From Mobula hypostoma (Eukaryota): 64,000 bases of DNA. Shown one piece after another: positions 51,801 to 63,090 of this stretch; the stretch's first letter is position 1, and each line of letters begins with the position of its first letter. A program made the position numbers and the translations under genes. The notes beneath the pieces are model-generated. The model made no database searches, was not told the origin of the DNA, and saw nothing but the letters and a program-made list of their open reading frames with translations. Location: NCBI RefSeq assembly GCF_963921235.1, contig NC_086108.1, forward strand, positions 18,910,001 to 18,974,000. The letters are read 5' to 3'.

Positions 51801-52252
51801 AGTTGATTTCAGTAACCAACTCGATCGTCGATGTCAAGTTGCTGTGGGAAGATCAATATTTTCCTAATAATTACTGATTGCAGGGACGTTGTACTTCTCT
51901 CCAATTTCTCCACTCAAATTACTGAATATTCATTTTATTCCACACCTTTTTAATCAAGTGCTGGATTTAGACATAGCACAAATAATACGCATCTCAATGT
52001 AGGTAAGATACAGGAAAAGCATGTTGCAAGATGCAGTAAACCTTGTTTTAGTGTCCATTCCTTTTCATGTGGTCACTGGGGAATGGGAACAATGCACTCC
52101 TGTCGGCAATGACAGTCCCACCTGTGTCTCTTCGTCTGTTCCTCTTCATCCAAGTGCAGGCTGCATTGAAGGAAGCTTCTCTCCTGCTGACACTGTACAA
52201 CCCATGTGTTCATCTGTGTTAGACCAGCTGGTACATATACAGTATCCTGCAT

Positions 52253-52462
52253 GAGGGATCCATCCACTCTCTGGCACTGTACAGTCTCTGTATATCACTG
52301 TTAGACCCTGAAGGATCCATCCACTCTCTGGCTCTGTACGGTCTGGTAGACCCTGAGGGATCCATCCACTCTCTGGCTCTGTATAGTCTCTGTATATCAC
52401 TGTTAGACCCTGAGGGATCCATCCACTCTCTGGCTCTCTACGGTCTGGTAGACCCTGAGGGA
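52253..52462. repeat. Minisatellite with alternating 57- and 45-bp units (102-bp higher-order repeat x2)
   Basis: The ga(g/a)ggat start of the gagggatccatccactctctggc unit recurs at 52253, 52310, 52355, 52412 and (partial) 52457. Confidence 0.85.
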
Positions 52463-52839
52463 TTCAGTCACAGTGGGACTGTACATTCCATGTATATCAA
52501 TGTTAGATGCTGTATGTAAAATACACTAGGTAAAGGAGCCATCCCACTCCTTAGCACCATATGGTCTGTGTGTACCGTTGTTAAACCCTGCACAGTCCTC
52601 TGGGTGAGGCTTGCATCCCATTCTCTGGCACTGTATACCATCCATGGGTATCACTGTCAGATTCTATATGTACAGTACACATTTAATTAGGGAAGGGAAC
52701 TCCCCCAGCTCTGTCCAATGGAAATTCTACCAATCCAATGTAAGCGGACAACTTGTGAACCGAACCCTACCCTCCTGTCCCTCTTCCACAACGCTCCATG
52801 TCCTCTGTAAAGTGTCATTCCAGCTCTCGCAATCTGCCC

Positions 52840-53280
52840 TTCCCCCGCTCAGCTGAATGTCAGCCCGATTTAAATTACAGGAGACAGACAGGGGAAAATG
52901 AAGCCTCACACAGTCCCCGCTCGCCCAACATGTGTTATTAGCTGCATCGCCATGGAGACGGCAAACCCAGTTTAATAAAAAGAAAATATGCTGCTGCTGA
53001 TCTACACTCTCTTCCCTGCACCCCCTCCCTTTACCCCTCCCCTTAATCTGTTTAATCGACCCTTGCTAATCTGTTTAAGAAGCTGCTGCATAATCTGTGC
53101 TATTGTTGGGTAAGCAAGTGTGGAATTTCTTCCATCGCTGGAAGCTTAGCAACAGGCAGGGGGAGGGGAGGGAAAGTGACAATATTTAAACATTTCATTA
53201 ATGAAACATGGCTGACAATCAATCATCTCTAATCGCAGCATCAGTACACTCACAGCCTACTTTGTCCGTGATAAGAAAGG
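52840..53280. promoter_or_regulatory. Candidate conserved intronic enhancer of LMX1A
   Basis: Repeat-free; four TAATC(T/G) sites within 53044-53096, palindrome tttcattaatgaaa (53193-53206), RFX X-box-like atcgccatggagac (52946-52959). Function is inferred only. Confidence 0.45.
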
Positions 53281-53314
53281 AGGGGGAGGAGGGGAATTGT
53301 TGGGTAGTTTGTTT

Positions 53315-53580
53315 ATTTATTTATTGAAAGACAGCGCAGAATAGGACCTACCTGCCCTTCAAGCCGCGCAGCCCAACAGCCCCCGTTTTAACCCTAGCCT
53401 AATCACGGGACAATTTACAATGACCAATTAATCCACAAACCAGTATGTCTTTGTTCTTTGGGAAGAAACCATGTGATCAGAGGATGAACATACAAACTCC
53501 TTACAGGCAGCAGCGGAATTGGACCCAGATCACTAGTACTGCAAAGCACTGTGCTCACCACTACACTATTGTGCCACCCC
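53315..53580 (-). mobile_element. tRNA-derived SINE (V-SINE/HE1-like)
   Basis: Similar to 48600-48870; (ttta)n tail on the left. Confidence 0.68.
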
Positions 53581-53889
53581 AGCGATTGGCATGGAGAGGT
53601 GTGGGTGGGAGGAAAAGGTTAAGTACTGGAGCTGAAATGGATAAACACCCATTTCAGGTAACACTGAGCTTCCTCTATACTCTTGGGTGTGAGGCGGAAG
53701 GGTTCAGATTGGTATTCCAATCACTGGGCACCTTGGCAATGATGGCAGCCCTTGGATTGCCCTGAGACTGCCACATCTCTTCAATCTCTGTGACAGGTGA
53801 GTTCACACTATACAAAGGAGGAGCAAGAGACACTTACAGATGCAGGAATCCGGAGCAACACACTCAAAGCTGGAATCAGAGATATCCAT

Positions 53890-54119
53890 GGGGAGGCACA
53901 GTGGTTCAGCAGGTAGAACTGCTACCTGACAACTGCAGCGACCCTGGTTCAACCCTAAGCTCAGATGTGGTCTGTGTGAAGTTTGCACATTCTCCTTGTG
54001 ACCACGTGGATTTCAGCCAGGTGCCCAGTTTCCCACTTCCAAGCACATGCCAATTGGCCACCATAATTTGACCCAGGTATGTTGTTGCGTGCTAGGATCT
54101 GGGAGGGGTTGATGTGAAA
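53890..54119 (+). mobile_element. tRNA-derived SINE into which CR1 copy G inserted
   Basis: ggcacagtggttcagcaggtaga (A box), ggttcaaccc (B box), then tgtgtgaagtttgcacattctcc. Confidence 0.62.
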
Positions 54120-55841
54120 ACAATAGACAATAGACAATAGGTGCAGAAGTAGACCATTCGGCCCTTCGAGCCTGCACCGCCATTCTGAGATCATGGCTGA
54201 TCATCTACTATCAATACCCGGTTCCTGCCTTGTCCCCATGACCCTTGATTCCCCTATCCATAAGATACCTATCTAGCTCCTTCTTGAAAGCATCCAGAGA
54301 ACTGGCCTCCACTGCCTTCTGAGGCAGCGCGTTCCACACCTCCACAACTCTCTGGGAGAAGAAGTTCCTCCTCAACTCTGTCCTAAATGACCTACCCCTT
54401 ATTCTTAAACCATGCCCTCTGGTACTGGACTCTCCCAGCATCTGGAACATATCTTGTCCAATCCCTTAATAATCTTATATGTCTCAATCAGATCCCCCCT
54501 CAATCTCCTTAATTCCAGTTTGTACAAGCCCAGTCTCTCTAACCTCTCTGCGTAAGACAGTCCGGACATCCCAGAAATTAACCTAGTGAACCTACGCAGC
54601 ACCTCCTCCACAGCCAGAATGTCCTTCCTTAACCCTGGAGACCAAAACTGCACACAATACTCCAGGTGTGGTCTCACCAGGGCCCTGTACAAATGAAAAA
54701 GGATTTCCTTGCTCTTGTACTCAATTCCCTTTGTAATAAAGGCCAACAATCCATTAGCCTTCTTCACTGCCTGCTGCACTTGCTCATTCACCTTCAGAGA
54801 CTGATGAACAAGTACTCCTAGATCTCTTTGTATTTCTCCCTTACCTAACTCCACACCCTTCAGATAATAATCTGCCTTCCTGTTCTTGCTCCCAAAGTGA
54901 ATAACCTCACACTTCTTCCCATTAACTGCCACCTGCCAAGTTTCTGCCCATTCACCTAGCCTATCCAAGTCACCTTGAATTCTCCTAACATCCTCATCAC
55001 ATGTCACACTGCCACCCAGCTTAGTATCATCAGCAAACTTGCTGATGTTATTCACAATGCCTTCCTCTAAATCATTGACGTAAATCATAAACAGCTGTGG
55101 TCCCAATACCAAGCCCTGTGGCACCTCACCAGTCACCACCTGCCATTCCGAGAAACACCCATTCACTGCTACCCTTTGCTTTCTATCTGCTAACCAGTTT
55201 TCTATCCATGTCAATATCCTCCCCCCAATGCGATGAGCTCTGATTTTACCCACCAATCTCCTATGTGGTACCTTATCAATGCTTTCTGAAAGTCAAGGTA
55301 CACCACATCCACTGAATCTCCCGCGTCTATCTTCCTGGTTACATCCTCGAAAAACTCCAATAGATTAGTCAAGCATGAGTTGCTCTTGGTAAATCCATGC
55401 TGGCTTGGCCCAATCTTATCACTGCTATCAAGATATGCCGCTATTTCATCTTTAATAATGGACTCTAGCATCTTCCCCACTACTGATGTTAGGCTAATAG
55501 TTCTCTGTTTTCTCCCTCCCTCCTTTCTTAAAAAGTGGGTTAACATTAGCCATTCGCCAATCCTCAGGAACTGATCCTGAATCTAAGGAACATTGGAAAA
55601 TGATCAGCAATGCATCTGCAATTTCCAGAGCCACCTCCTTTAGTACCCTAGGATTCAGACCATCTGGACCTGGGGATTTGTTAGCCTTCAGTCCCATCAG
55701 TCTACTCATCACCGTTTCCTTCCTAATGTCAATCTGTTTCAGTTCTTCTGTTACCCTATGTCCTTGGCCCATCCATACATCTGGGAGATTGCTTGTGTCT
55801 TCCCTACTGAAGACAGATCCAAAGTACTTATTAAATTCGTC

Positions 55842-55941
55842 AACACACATCAAAGTTGCTGGTGAACGCAGCAGGCCAAGCAGCATCTATAGGAAGAGGC
55901 GCAGTCGACGTTTCAGGCCGAGACCCTTCGTCAGGACTAAT
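55842..55941 (-). mobile_element. 100-bp Penelope-derived insert with an intact hammerhead, inside CR1 copy G
   Basis: Perfect 11-bp TSD ttaaattcgtc at 55831-55841 and 55942-55952. The empty site is visible in CR1 copy A at ~1983-1993. Confidence 0.9.
55902..55939 (-). ncRNA. Minimal type I hammerhead ribozyme (intact core), sense to the LMX1A pre-mRNA
   Basis: Minus strand: tagtc ctgacga a gggt-ctcg-gcct gaaa cg tc^ gactg. Confidence 0.78.
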
Positions 55942-58884
55942 TTAAATTCGTCTGCCATTTCCCTGTTTCCCATAACAATTTCTCCCAATTCATTCTTCAA
56001 GGGCCCAACATTGTTCTTAACTATCTTCCTTCTCTTCACATACCTAAAAAAAACTTTTGCTATCCTCCTTTATATTCCTAGCTAGCTTGCGTTCATGCCT
56101 CATTTCTTCTCCCCGTATTGCCTTTTTAGTTAAGTTCTATTGCTCCTTAAAAATTTCCCAATCATCCCTCTTCCCACTCACCTTAGCTCTGTTATACTTC
56201 TTTTTTAATGCTGTGCTATCTCTGACTTCCTTTGTCAACCACTGTGGCCACTTCCCCGCCCCCCTTTGAATCCTTCCTTCTCCGGGGGATGAACTGATTT
56301 TGCACCTTGTGCATTATTCCCAAGAATACCTGCCATTGCTGTTCCACTGTCTTTTGTGCTAGGATATCCGACCAGTCAACTTTGGCCAGTTCCTCCCTCA
56401 TGGCTCCATAGTCTCCTTTGTTCAACTGCAATACTGACACTTCTGATCTGCCCTTATCCCTCTCAACTTGCAGAAAAGAGGATAGTTGTAAGTAGGTGAC
56501 TGATGGTTGGCTGAAGCGACTCTGTGAAATTACGGATCATGCCTCAATGCCATTGGTAATTACAAGGCACTCCCAGGCAGACCTTGTGTCCTAATTGATT
56601 GGAGCTGAAGGTAGAACTACAATGAGGGACAGTTTCTGCCAATACACAGGTCCCAGTTTCAAGGTGCCCACAGCCGGCCAGTGGTGTAGTGGCATCCGCA
56701 CTGGACTTCGAGGTGAGTGGTTCCAGGTTAAAACCCGGCCAGCTCCTTGCACGCTTTCCATTCGTAATGGGTTGAGCGTCGAGCTAGCAATTCGGCCTCG
56801 TACAGAGAAAATGTTAAAGAAATGGTAAGGATGCTGCCCAATGCATCACAAGGCGGGGAAAGGAAGAACAACAAGGTGTCCATGCCAGTAAAGCCACCTT
56901 CCCAGGCTCTATAGCTTTGCCATTGAATGCCTATCATTGGGTGAGAGAACCTTACTGCATAAGGCCATGTGGTAACCATAATGCTACCCTCTCCCATTAC
57001 ACACTGACAATATATCTTACACAACCACACACTCAAAGCACAAGAACTGCCATATCCCTGAATCACTCCTGTTTTATCCAGGGTTTTACTTATTTACCAT
57101 GATGTAGAAGGAGACATTCAGCCCATTGTCTCCCTGCTGAATCCCTGCAAAGCAATCCCATCAGTCCCACGCTTTTCTCCTTATTCTGCCTCCACATGCC
57201 CATCAATTTCCCTTTGATTCTTTTGTAATTTACAGTGGCCAGTTAACCTACTAGCTCATCCTTGGGTTGAGAGAGAAAACTGGGGCCACAGAAGGAAGCT
57301 CATATGGTCACAAAGAGAATGTGCAAGCTCTACACAGGCAATAGTGAGGTCAGTTTTGAACCTGGGTCCTGGGGCTGTGAGGTAGGAAGATTAACCACTA
57401 AACCACCAAGTTGCCATTGAGATTGTGGGAAGATTGAGGTGCTTACTGATGGCAGGGTTTTAAAAGCAAAGAGACAGGGCTTAGGTAGACAGGAGCAGAA
57501 TGTCCTAGTGAGAGATCCAGAGTTATGCAGAAGTTCTTTTAAACAGAGGCCTCCAACATGTGGAGTGCACTGCTTGCATTGGTGATCAGCACCGAGAACA
57601 TGGCAACATTCCGATACCAGTTAGATAACTGAAGTCCAAGGAGAATGAAATTAAGAAATGTGAACAGAGATGGAAATTGGGCTTATTAGAACTGTTCATA
57701 TGAACAATATATACTACAGAACTGCTCTCTATTTTCACAAAAATAATATTTTCGTTTAATCATCAACCAGGTGATGATGAATGATCTAGGCAGATTTACA
57801 TTCCCAGAAAAATCAAGAAAACAATATTGTCATTTCTTCAGCTACGTGTACTTTCTGAGCTGCAACAGGTGAAGGTAACTTCATGTTTTTTTCCAGCATG
57901 ATGCAGAGGAGCTGACAACACAGGGCACTGGCTGCAGGCTCACCCACAGAAACCTGCAGCTAAGAATAGACATTGCTCCCTGTTCCTTTATTTGGACCAA
58001 ATGCATGCCATTAGTATTGACTGCTCTCACCTTCCATCATATCTGAATGATCAGTTCAAACAAAGGAAAGTCTGAGAACATTCAGGGCAAGGACAGTGAG
58101 TGGGAGATGCTTCCTCATCCTTATAATCAAAATAATTCATGCAGGATGAACTAGATACAGAATAATGGCCACTTTACACCATAACTTCACATACTCATGG
58201 AGCAGGGACAACATGCATTAGATAGAGAGGCAGAGGAGTTAGATACAGAGTAAAGATCACTGTCCCATCACACACTCCCAGGGGAGGGACAATATGGGTT
58301 AGACACAGGGTATGCCCCCTCTGCAAGCCTCAGGGGGTCTCCTCAACCATTGTTCTTGCAGGCAGGATCATGAAGGAGGTGGAGCCAAGTACATTTGGCA
58401 TGGTCCACTCATGTCTGCTTGGAGGACGATAAGAAAAGGAACAAGAAGGGTTTAGAGTCCATTGCCCTTGAGGTGGTGGGCACTCTCATGCTCCTACCTA
58501 GTTTCCCTCAACCCTACTGGGCTTGTGCTAGAAGTTTCTTAAAAAGCCTGTGTTAATGACAGAGGCCTTCCAATGGTGCTGCATGTCAAGGTTTGCAGAT
58601 CATCACTATGATGTTGGAGGTGCTCATTCATGGTACAGTAACTGTTTTGCCACATGCTATTTTACAGTACTGTCTGCCATAGACAGTGACTTCTTAATGC
58701 ATCCTGTATCCAGGAAATGACATTTTAAGTTTTCCGGATGTTTTAGAAATGTTTTTTTTAAACATTTAAATTTGAACTAAAACTTGTCCTTCAGACTGAC
58801 AGGACAGGTATTTGAATCTCCATTTCCTACACAAGACATGCACCTAAATTGTGTTAGTGAGATTAAAATACACCCTGAGCCTCA

Positions 58885-59072
58885 GAAACAAGGAAAAATC
58901 TGCAGATGTTGGAAATCCAAGCAACACACACAAAATGCTGGAGGAACTCAGCAGGCCAGGCAGCATCTATGGAAAAAAGTACAGTCAACGTTTTGGCCCG
59001 AAACATCAACTGTATTTTTCCATAGATGCTGCCTGGCCTGCTGAGTTCCTCCAGCATTTTGTGTGTGTTGCT
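58885..59072. mobile_element. Palindromic Penelope-derived mini-element (188 bp)
   Basis: Perfect ~58-bp inverted arms (58920-58977 and 59015-59072); centre lies in hammerhead stem II. Perfect TSD cctgagcctca at 58874-58884 and 59073-59083. Confidence 0.88.
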
Positions 59073-59806
59073 CCTGAGCCTCATTCTCAGTTGGTCAAGA
59101 GTTTAAGCTGAATCAGTTAAGAGCTTTGGACCTAGTAACTAGCACAGAGAGGTGAAACCTCTCCCCAATTGTAGCCCCTGAGGTATTCTTTTAATATTTC
59201 TTAAAATCTTTATTCATAATTAAAATATATACAAAATAGGAAACAATGCAAACCTCTTCCATTCATGGTCATCATTACATTCACTAGTGTTAACTTTTTT
59301 TAAACCATAACACCATTACACTTCTGTGGCCTTTGGGGTGATACACTATTTCAATATTTGAGGGTCTTCCACACTCAACTCAGTCCTTCCATGTGCGGTC
59401 ACAGAAGGATCTGTTGCATTGGTTGTACCAAGTTTCAATGCATCCCTCAACACATATTCCTGCAGCTGTTGATGGCAGTCTCTGAGGTAACTGCACAATG
59501 TTTATTACTCACTGCTCCACTTTGAACACTGTCAGGTATCATATTCAGAAGATTCATGTCCTGCAGAAGACCTTTAAAAGAGAGAGCAATGCTGTCCTGA
59601 TTAGGACCATGCCCACTGTCAATTTCCCTCTGGATGGGTTTTAGATTTGGCCTCAGCTGAGAATGGAACCAGGCGATCTGCAAAAATTAGCATCAGCAGT
59701 AGGCGTTTGGTGCAGGGAGGTAAGAAGCTACAGACAGCAGAGGATTCAGCCCAATACATCCCAGGAATATCCCTCCCCAACATTGGTAGTATTTACATGA
59801 GATGCT

Positions 59807-60573
59807 TGCATCTTCAGAAACAGCTCTATTTCCATCTTTAATATTTCTATTTTTCCCTTTCAGGGTTCTTTTGAAGACCCTGACCTGGAGTTACACGCTG
59901 ACTTTGGTTCTTTGCGGGAATGGGATCCACTCTCGGGGTGTCATGACTGGCCGTTATCCGACATGCCCAGAGCGCGGTGTAAGAGTTTGGCTCACCTTTG
60001 GAGGCCTAGGATCCGGGGCTCTGGAGACAGGTGGATTGAAGGTCAGTGTCCCAGACCAGTGTGTCATGGGAGCTGGAACATCTTTGGCTATGTGCCCTGA
60101 GACCTGAGATCTTTGGGCACAGAGCTCGGAAAAAGTGACGCAACGGACTTTTAACATTGTAAACCAGCGAGTTGTTTGTTATGCCTCCCCTCTCGCTGTG
60201 AAACAGAGACATCTCTTTCTCCCTTATTAGGGAGAGAGAGCGCCTGTGGTATGTCAAATAAGTGGGTGAACAAATAGTCTTTGGAGTACTGCAAGTGTGT
60301 GTCTTTGCTGTTGCTTTGCTCACGCTTGAGTGCTCTGTGGCGGGTGTCGATGTTTTTTTTGCCGGTGGGGGGGCGGGGTATCGTTTGCTGCTGCTTATGC
60401 ATGGGAGGGAGGGGAGCTGGGGGGAACACTTTGGGGTTCTAATATTTAACTGTCATTCATTCTTTGGGGGCACACCTTTGTTTCGAGGATGGTTGCAAAG
60501 GAAAAGCATTTCAGGATGTATATTGTATACATTTCTCTAACATTAAATGTATCTTTGAAACCCTTGAAACCCT
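59807..60573 (+). mobile_element. SINE-like non-autonomous element inserted in a Rex-like 3' fragment
   Basis: TSD tgagatgct at 59798-59806 and 60574-60582; tail attaaa plus (tgaaaccct)n. The Rex-like sequence resumes after it. Confidence 0.7.
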
Positions 60574-60924
60574 TGAGATGCTGCCTTAAGCAGGCAACAT
60601 CCACCATCAAAGATCAATACCATCTGGGCCTTGCTATCTTTACACAGCTACCATTAGGCAGGAGGTACAGAAGCCTGAAGTCCCACACAAACAGGTTCAA
60701 GGACAGCTATTTCCCTTCAGACTTTCAGATCTTGAGCAAATCTGCACAACACTAATCACTCCACCACCATAGCAACACTATGACCATGTTGCACTAAAAT
60801 GGACTTCTTTTTTGTTCTACTTGTGTTAATTTTTGTTGAATTTATGTTTCTCTGGCAAATGCTGCTTATCTGATGATGCGTGCCTGTAACGCTGCTGCAA
60901 TTAAGATTTTATTTTATTTACTTA

Positions 60925-61920
60925 TATATTTATTTACTTAAATCTTACTTCCATCCCACAACTGAGGGAGTAAAAATCTTTGTGTCATGTTGCAATGTAC
61001 AGGCCTGTGAATTAAAAAGTCTAATGGCTTGTAGAATGAAGCTGTCCCGTAGCCTGTTGGTCCTGGTTTTAAAGCTGGGGTACCATGTGCCAGATGGAAG
61101 CAGCTGTAACAGTTTATGGTTGGGGTGACTGGTATCCCCGAAGATCTTCCAGGCTTTCTTTCTACACTTGCTGCTATAAATGTCGTCAGTGAAGGAAGTT
61201 CACATCCACAGGTGCACTGGGCTGTCCGTACCACTCTCTGCAGTGCCCAGCGATCAAGGTTGGTGCAGTTTCCGTACCAGCTGGTGATACAGCTAGTCAG
61301 GATGCTCTCAATGGTGCCTCTGTCTTGAGGATTTGGGGCCCCATGCCAAACTTCTTCAGTTGTCAGAGGTGGAAGAGACGCTGTTGTGTTTTTTTAGCCA
61401 GTGTGTACAGTCTTCAGTGATGTGTATACCAAGGCACAGCTCTTTTGTTTTTTGGATTTAGGGAGAGGTTGTTATACTGGCACCACTGTGTCAGGGTGTC
61501 AACCCCTCCTCTGTAGGCTGTCTCATTACCACTAAAAATAAAGTTATGCCATCTGCTAATATAATCATCAGAGTGGAGCTGTGTGCCGCAGTACCGTTGT
61601 GGGTGTAAAGGGAGTGGAGGAGGGGACTCAGGACACAACCCTGGGGAGCACCTGTGTTGAGGGTCAGAGGGGCAGAGGTGAGGGAGCCCATCCTTACCAC
61701 CTGTCGGCGATCCGATAGGAAGTCTAGGATCCAGTTGCACAAGGTGGGGTGCAGGACGAGGTCGCTGAGCTTCCTGTCAAATCTGGAGGGGATTCTGGTG
61801 TTGAATGCTGAACTGTAGTCCAGGAACAGCATTCTAACATATACATCCTTCTTCTCCAAGTGAGTGAGAATGGTGAATAGTGCTGCGGCTAAGGCATCAT
61901 CGATAGACCAGTTTCGTCAG
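60925..61920 (-). mobile_element. Degenerate Rex1/Babar-like LINE RT and 3' end
   Basis: [42 protein letters not shown] (ORF 61491-61859). Confidence 0.82.
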
Positions 61921-62599
61921 TATTTTAACTGCACCTGTGCATAAATGTACTTGTACATATGACAATAAACTCAACTTTGACTTTGACTTTTCTCAGGCTG
62001 TCCTTAGTACCTGGCACATTTTAGGATTGGGCTCACAGGATCAAGGAGCCTGCTGGCATTCTCAGCCAAGCAGACACTTTGGTGGTGAAGGGCCCAGGCA
62101 CCCCAAAGGAGAGAGAAGAGAAAGCCAGTGTCACTTCACCCTGGGATCACAGGGTAACCGACCAACAACAGTCAATGATCTCTGGAGTTCAGAAACATGC
62201 AGAGCTAAAGGAATGCAATCCCACGTGAAGTGCTCTCTGAAGTTCTATGTCATTGCATGGATGGAGTGCTTCACAGTCGTTTACCATTCGGATTAAGGGC
62301 CTCTTGAGCAGATTACACCAACATTGAGGGGCTTTAAAGTGGGGTTAGTACACAGAGACAGCCAGGCTCCAGTCGCCTGTTCTCACTCTCAGTTGTCATG
62401 GACACTCTTGAGTACTTTGGTAATTGCAACTCCCAGGAGGTCTCTACAAACTTCAATCAGTTCCAGTCCTTGCACTCAGCAGTGTGGAAGAGTGGGAAGA
62501 TTGCACGATTCAGAGCCAATTAACCTATTCTCAAAGCTGCTTCTGTTACATAGAGACCACTATTTGCAGCACCTGACTTTCTGGGTGTGTGCCCACCAG

Positions 62600-63090
62600 C
62601 TGTACTCTGTCCCTGTTCTGAGAGTGTGTGACCAGATACTAGTGTAGAGGGAGCTTTACTGTGTGTCTATCCCTGCCCTGTAAATGTGTGATAGGACAGG
62701 AAGTTTACTCTGTATCTAATCTGTAGAGGGAGCTTCTGTCCTTCACTGGGAGTGTGTGATGGGACAGTGTAGAGGGCTTTTTACTCTGTATCTAACCACT
62801 TTGTCTCTCCCTACCCCAGAAGTGTTGATGGAACAGTGTAGAAGGAGTTTTACTGTGTCTAATCCCTCTGTACCTGCACTGTGAGTGTGTGATGGGACAG
62901 TTCAGGCAGGGATTGTCAACCTTTTTTATGCCATGGACTGATACCATTAAGCAAAGGGTCCATGGACTCCAGGTTGGGAACCCTTGGGAGGTTCTGCGTC
63001 TAACCACTCTGTCTCTGCCCTGGAAGTGTTTGATGGGACAGTGTAAAGGGATCTTTACTCTGTATCTAACCCATCTGTCCCTACCCTGGA
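62600..63090. repeat. Degenerate ~60-bp minisatellite (gtgtgtgatgggacagtgtagagggagctttactctgtatctaacc) containing a hAT MITE
   Basis: About 6 diverged units; an inverted remnant is at ~58190-58320. Confidence 0.75.
62907..62986. mobile_element. Second copy of the 80-bp hAT MITE (opposite orientation); partial third copy at ~63520-63569
   Basis: cagggattgtcaacctttttt...aggttgggaacccttg resembles 46255-46334 reversed. Confidence 0.75.

Larger units (their letters stand above)
54120..56474 (-). mobile_element. 5'-truncated CR1 (copy G), same young family as copy A, with a Penelope mini-insert
   Basis: Near-identical to 1465-3720 reversed; RT motifs in ORFs 54405-55886; (acaatag)n tail. Confidence 0.95.

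Noticed and set aside
52253..52462. Repeat-spacer look resembling a CRISPR array
   Set aside because: The 'spacers' are themselves repeated, the context is a vertebrate intron, and there are no cas genes; it is a minisatellite.
56670..56740. tRNA-like sequence (gccagtggtgtagtggc...ggttaaaacccggcc), and similar heads at 30825 and 53890
   Set aside because: No complete cloverleaf; these are SINE heads, not tRNA genes.
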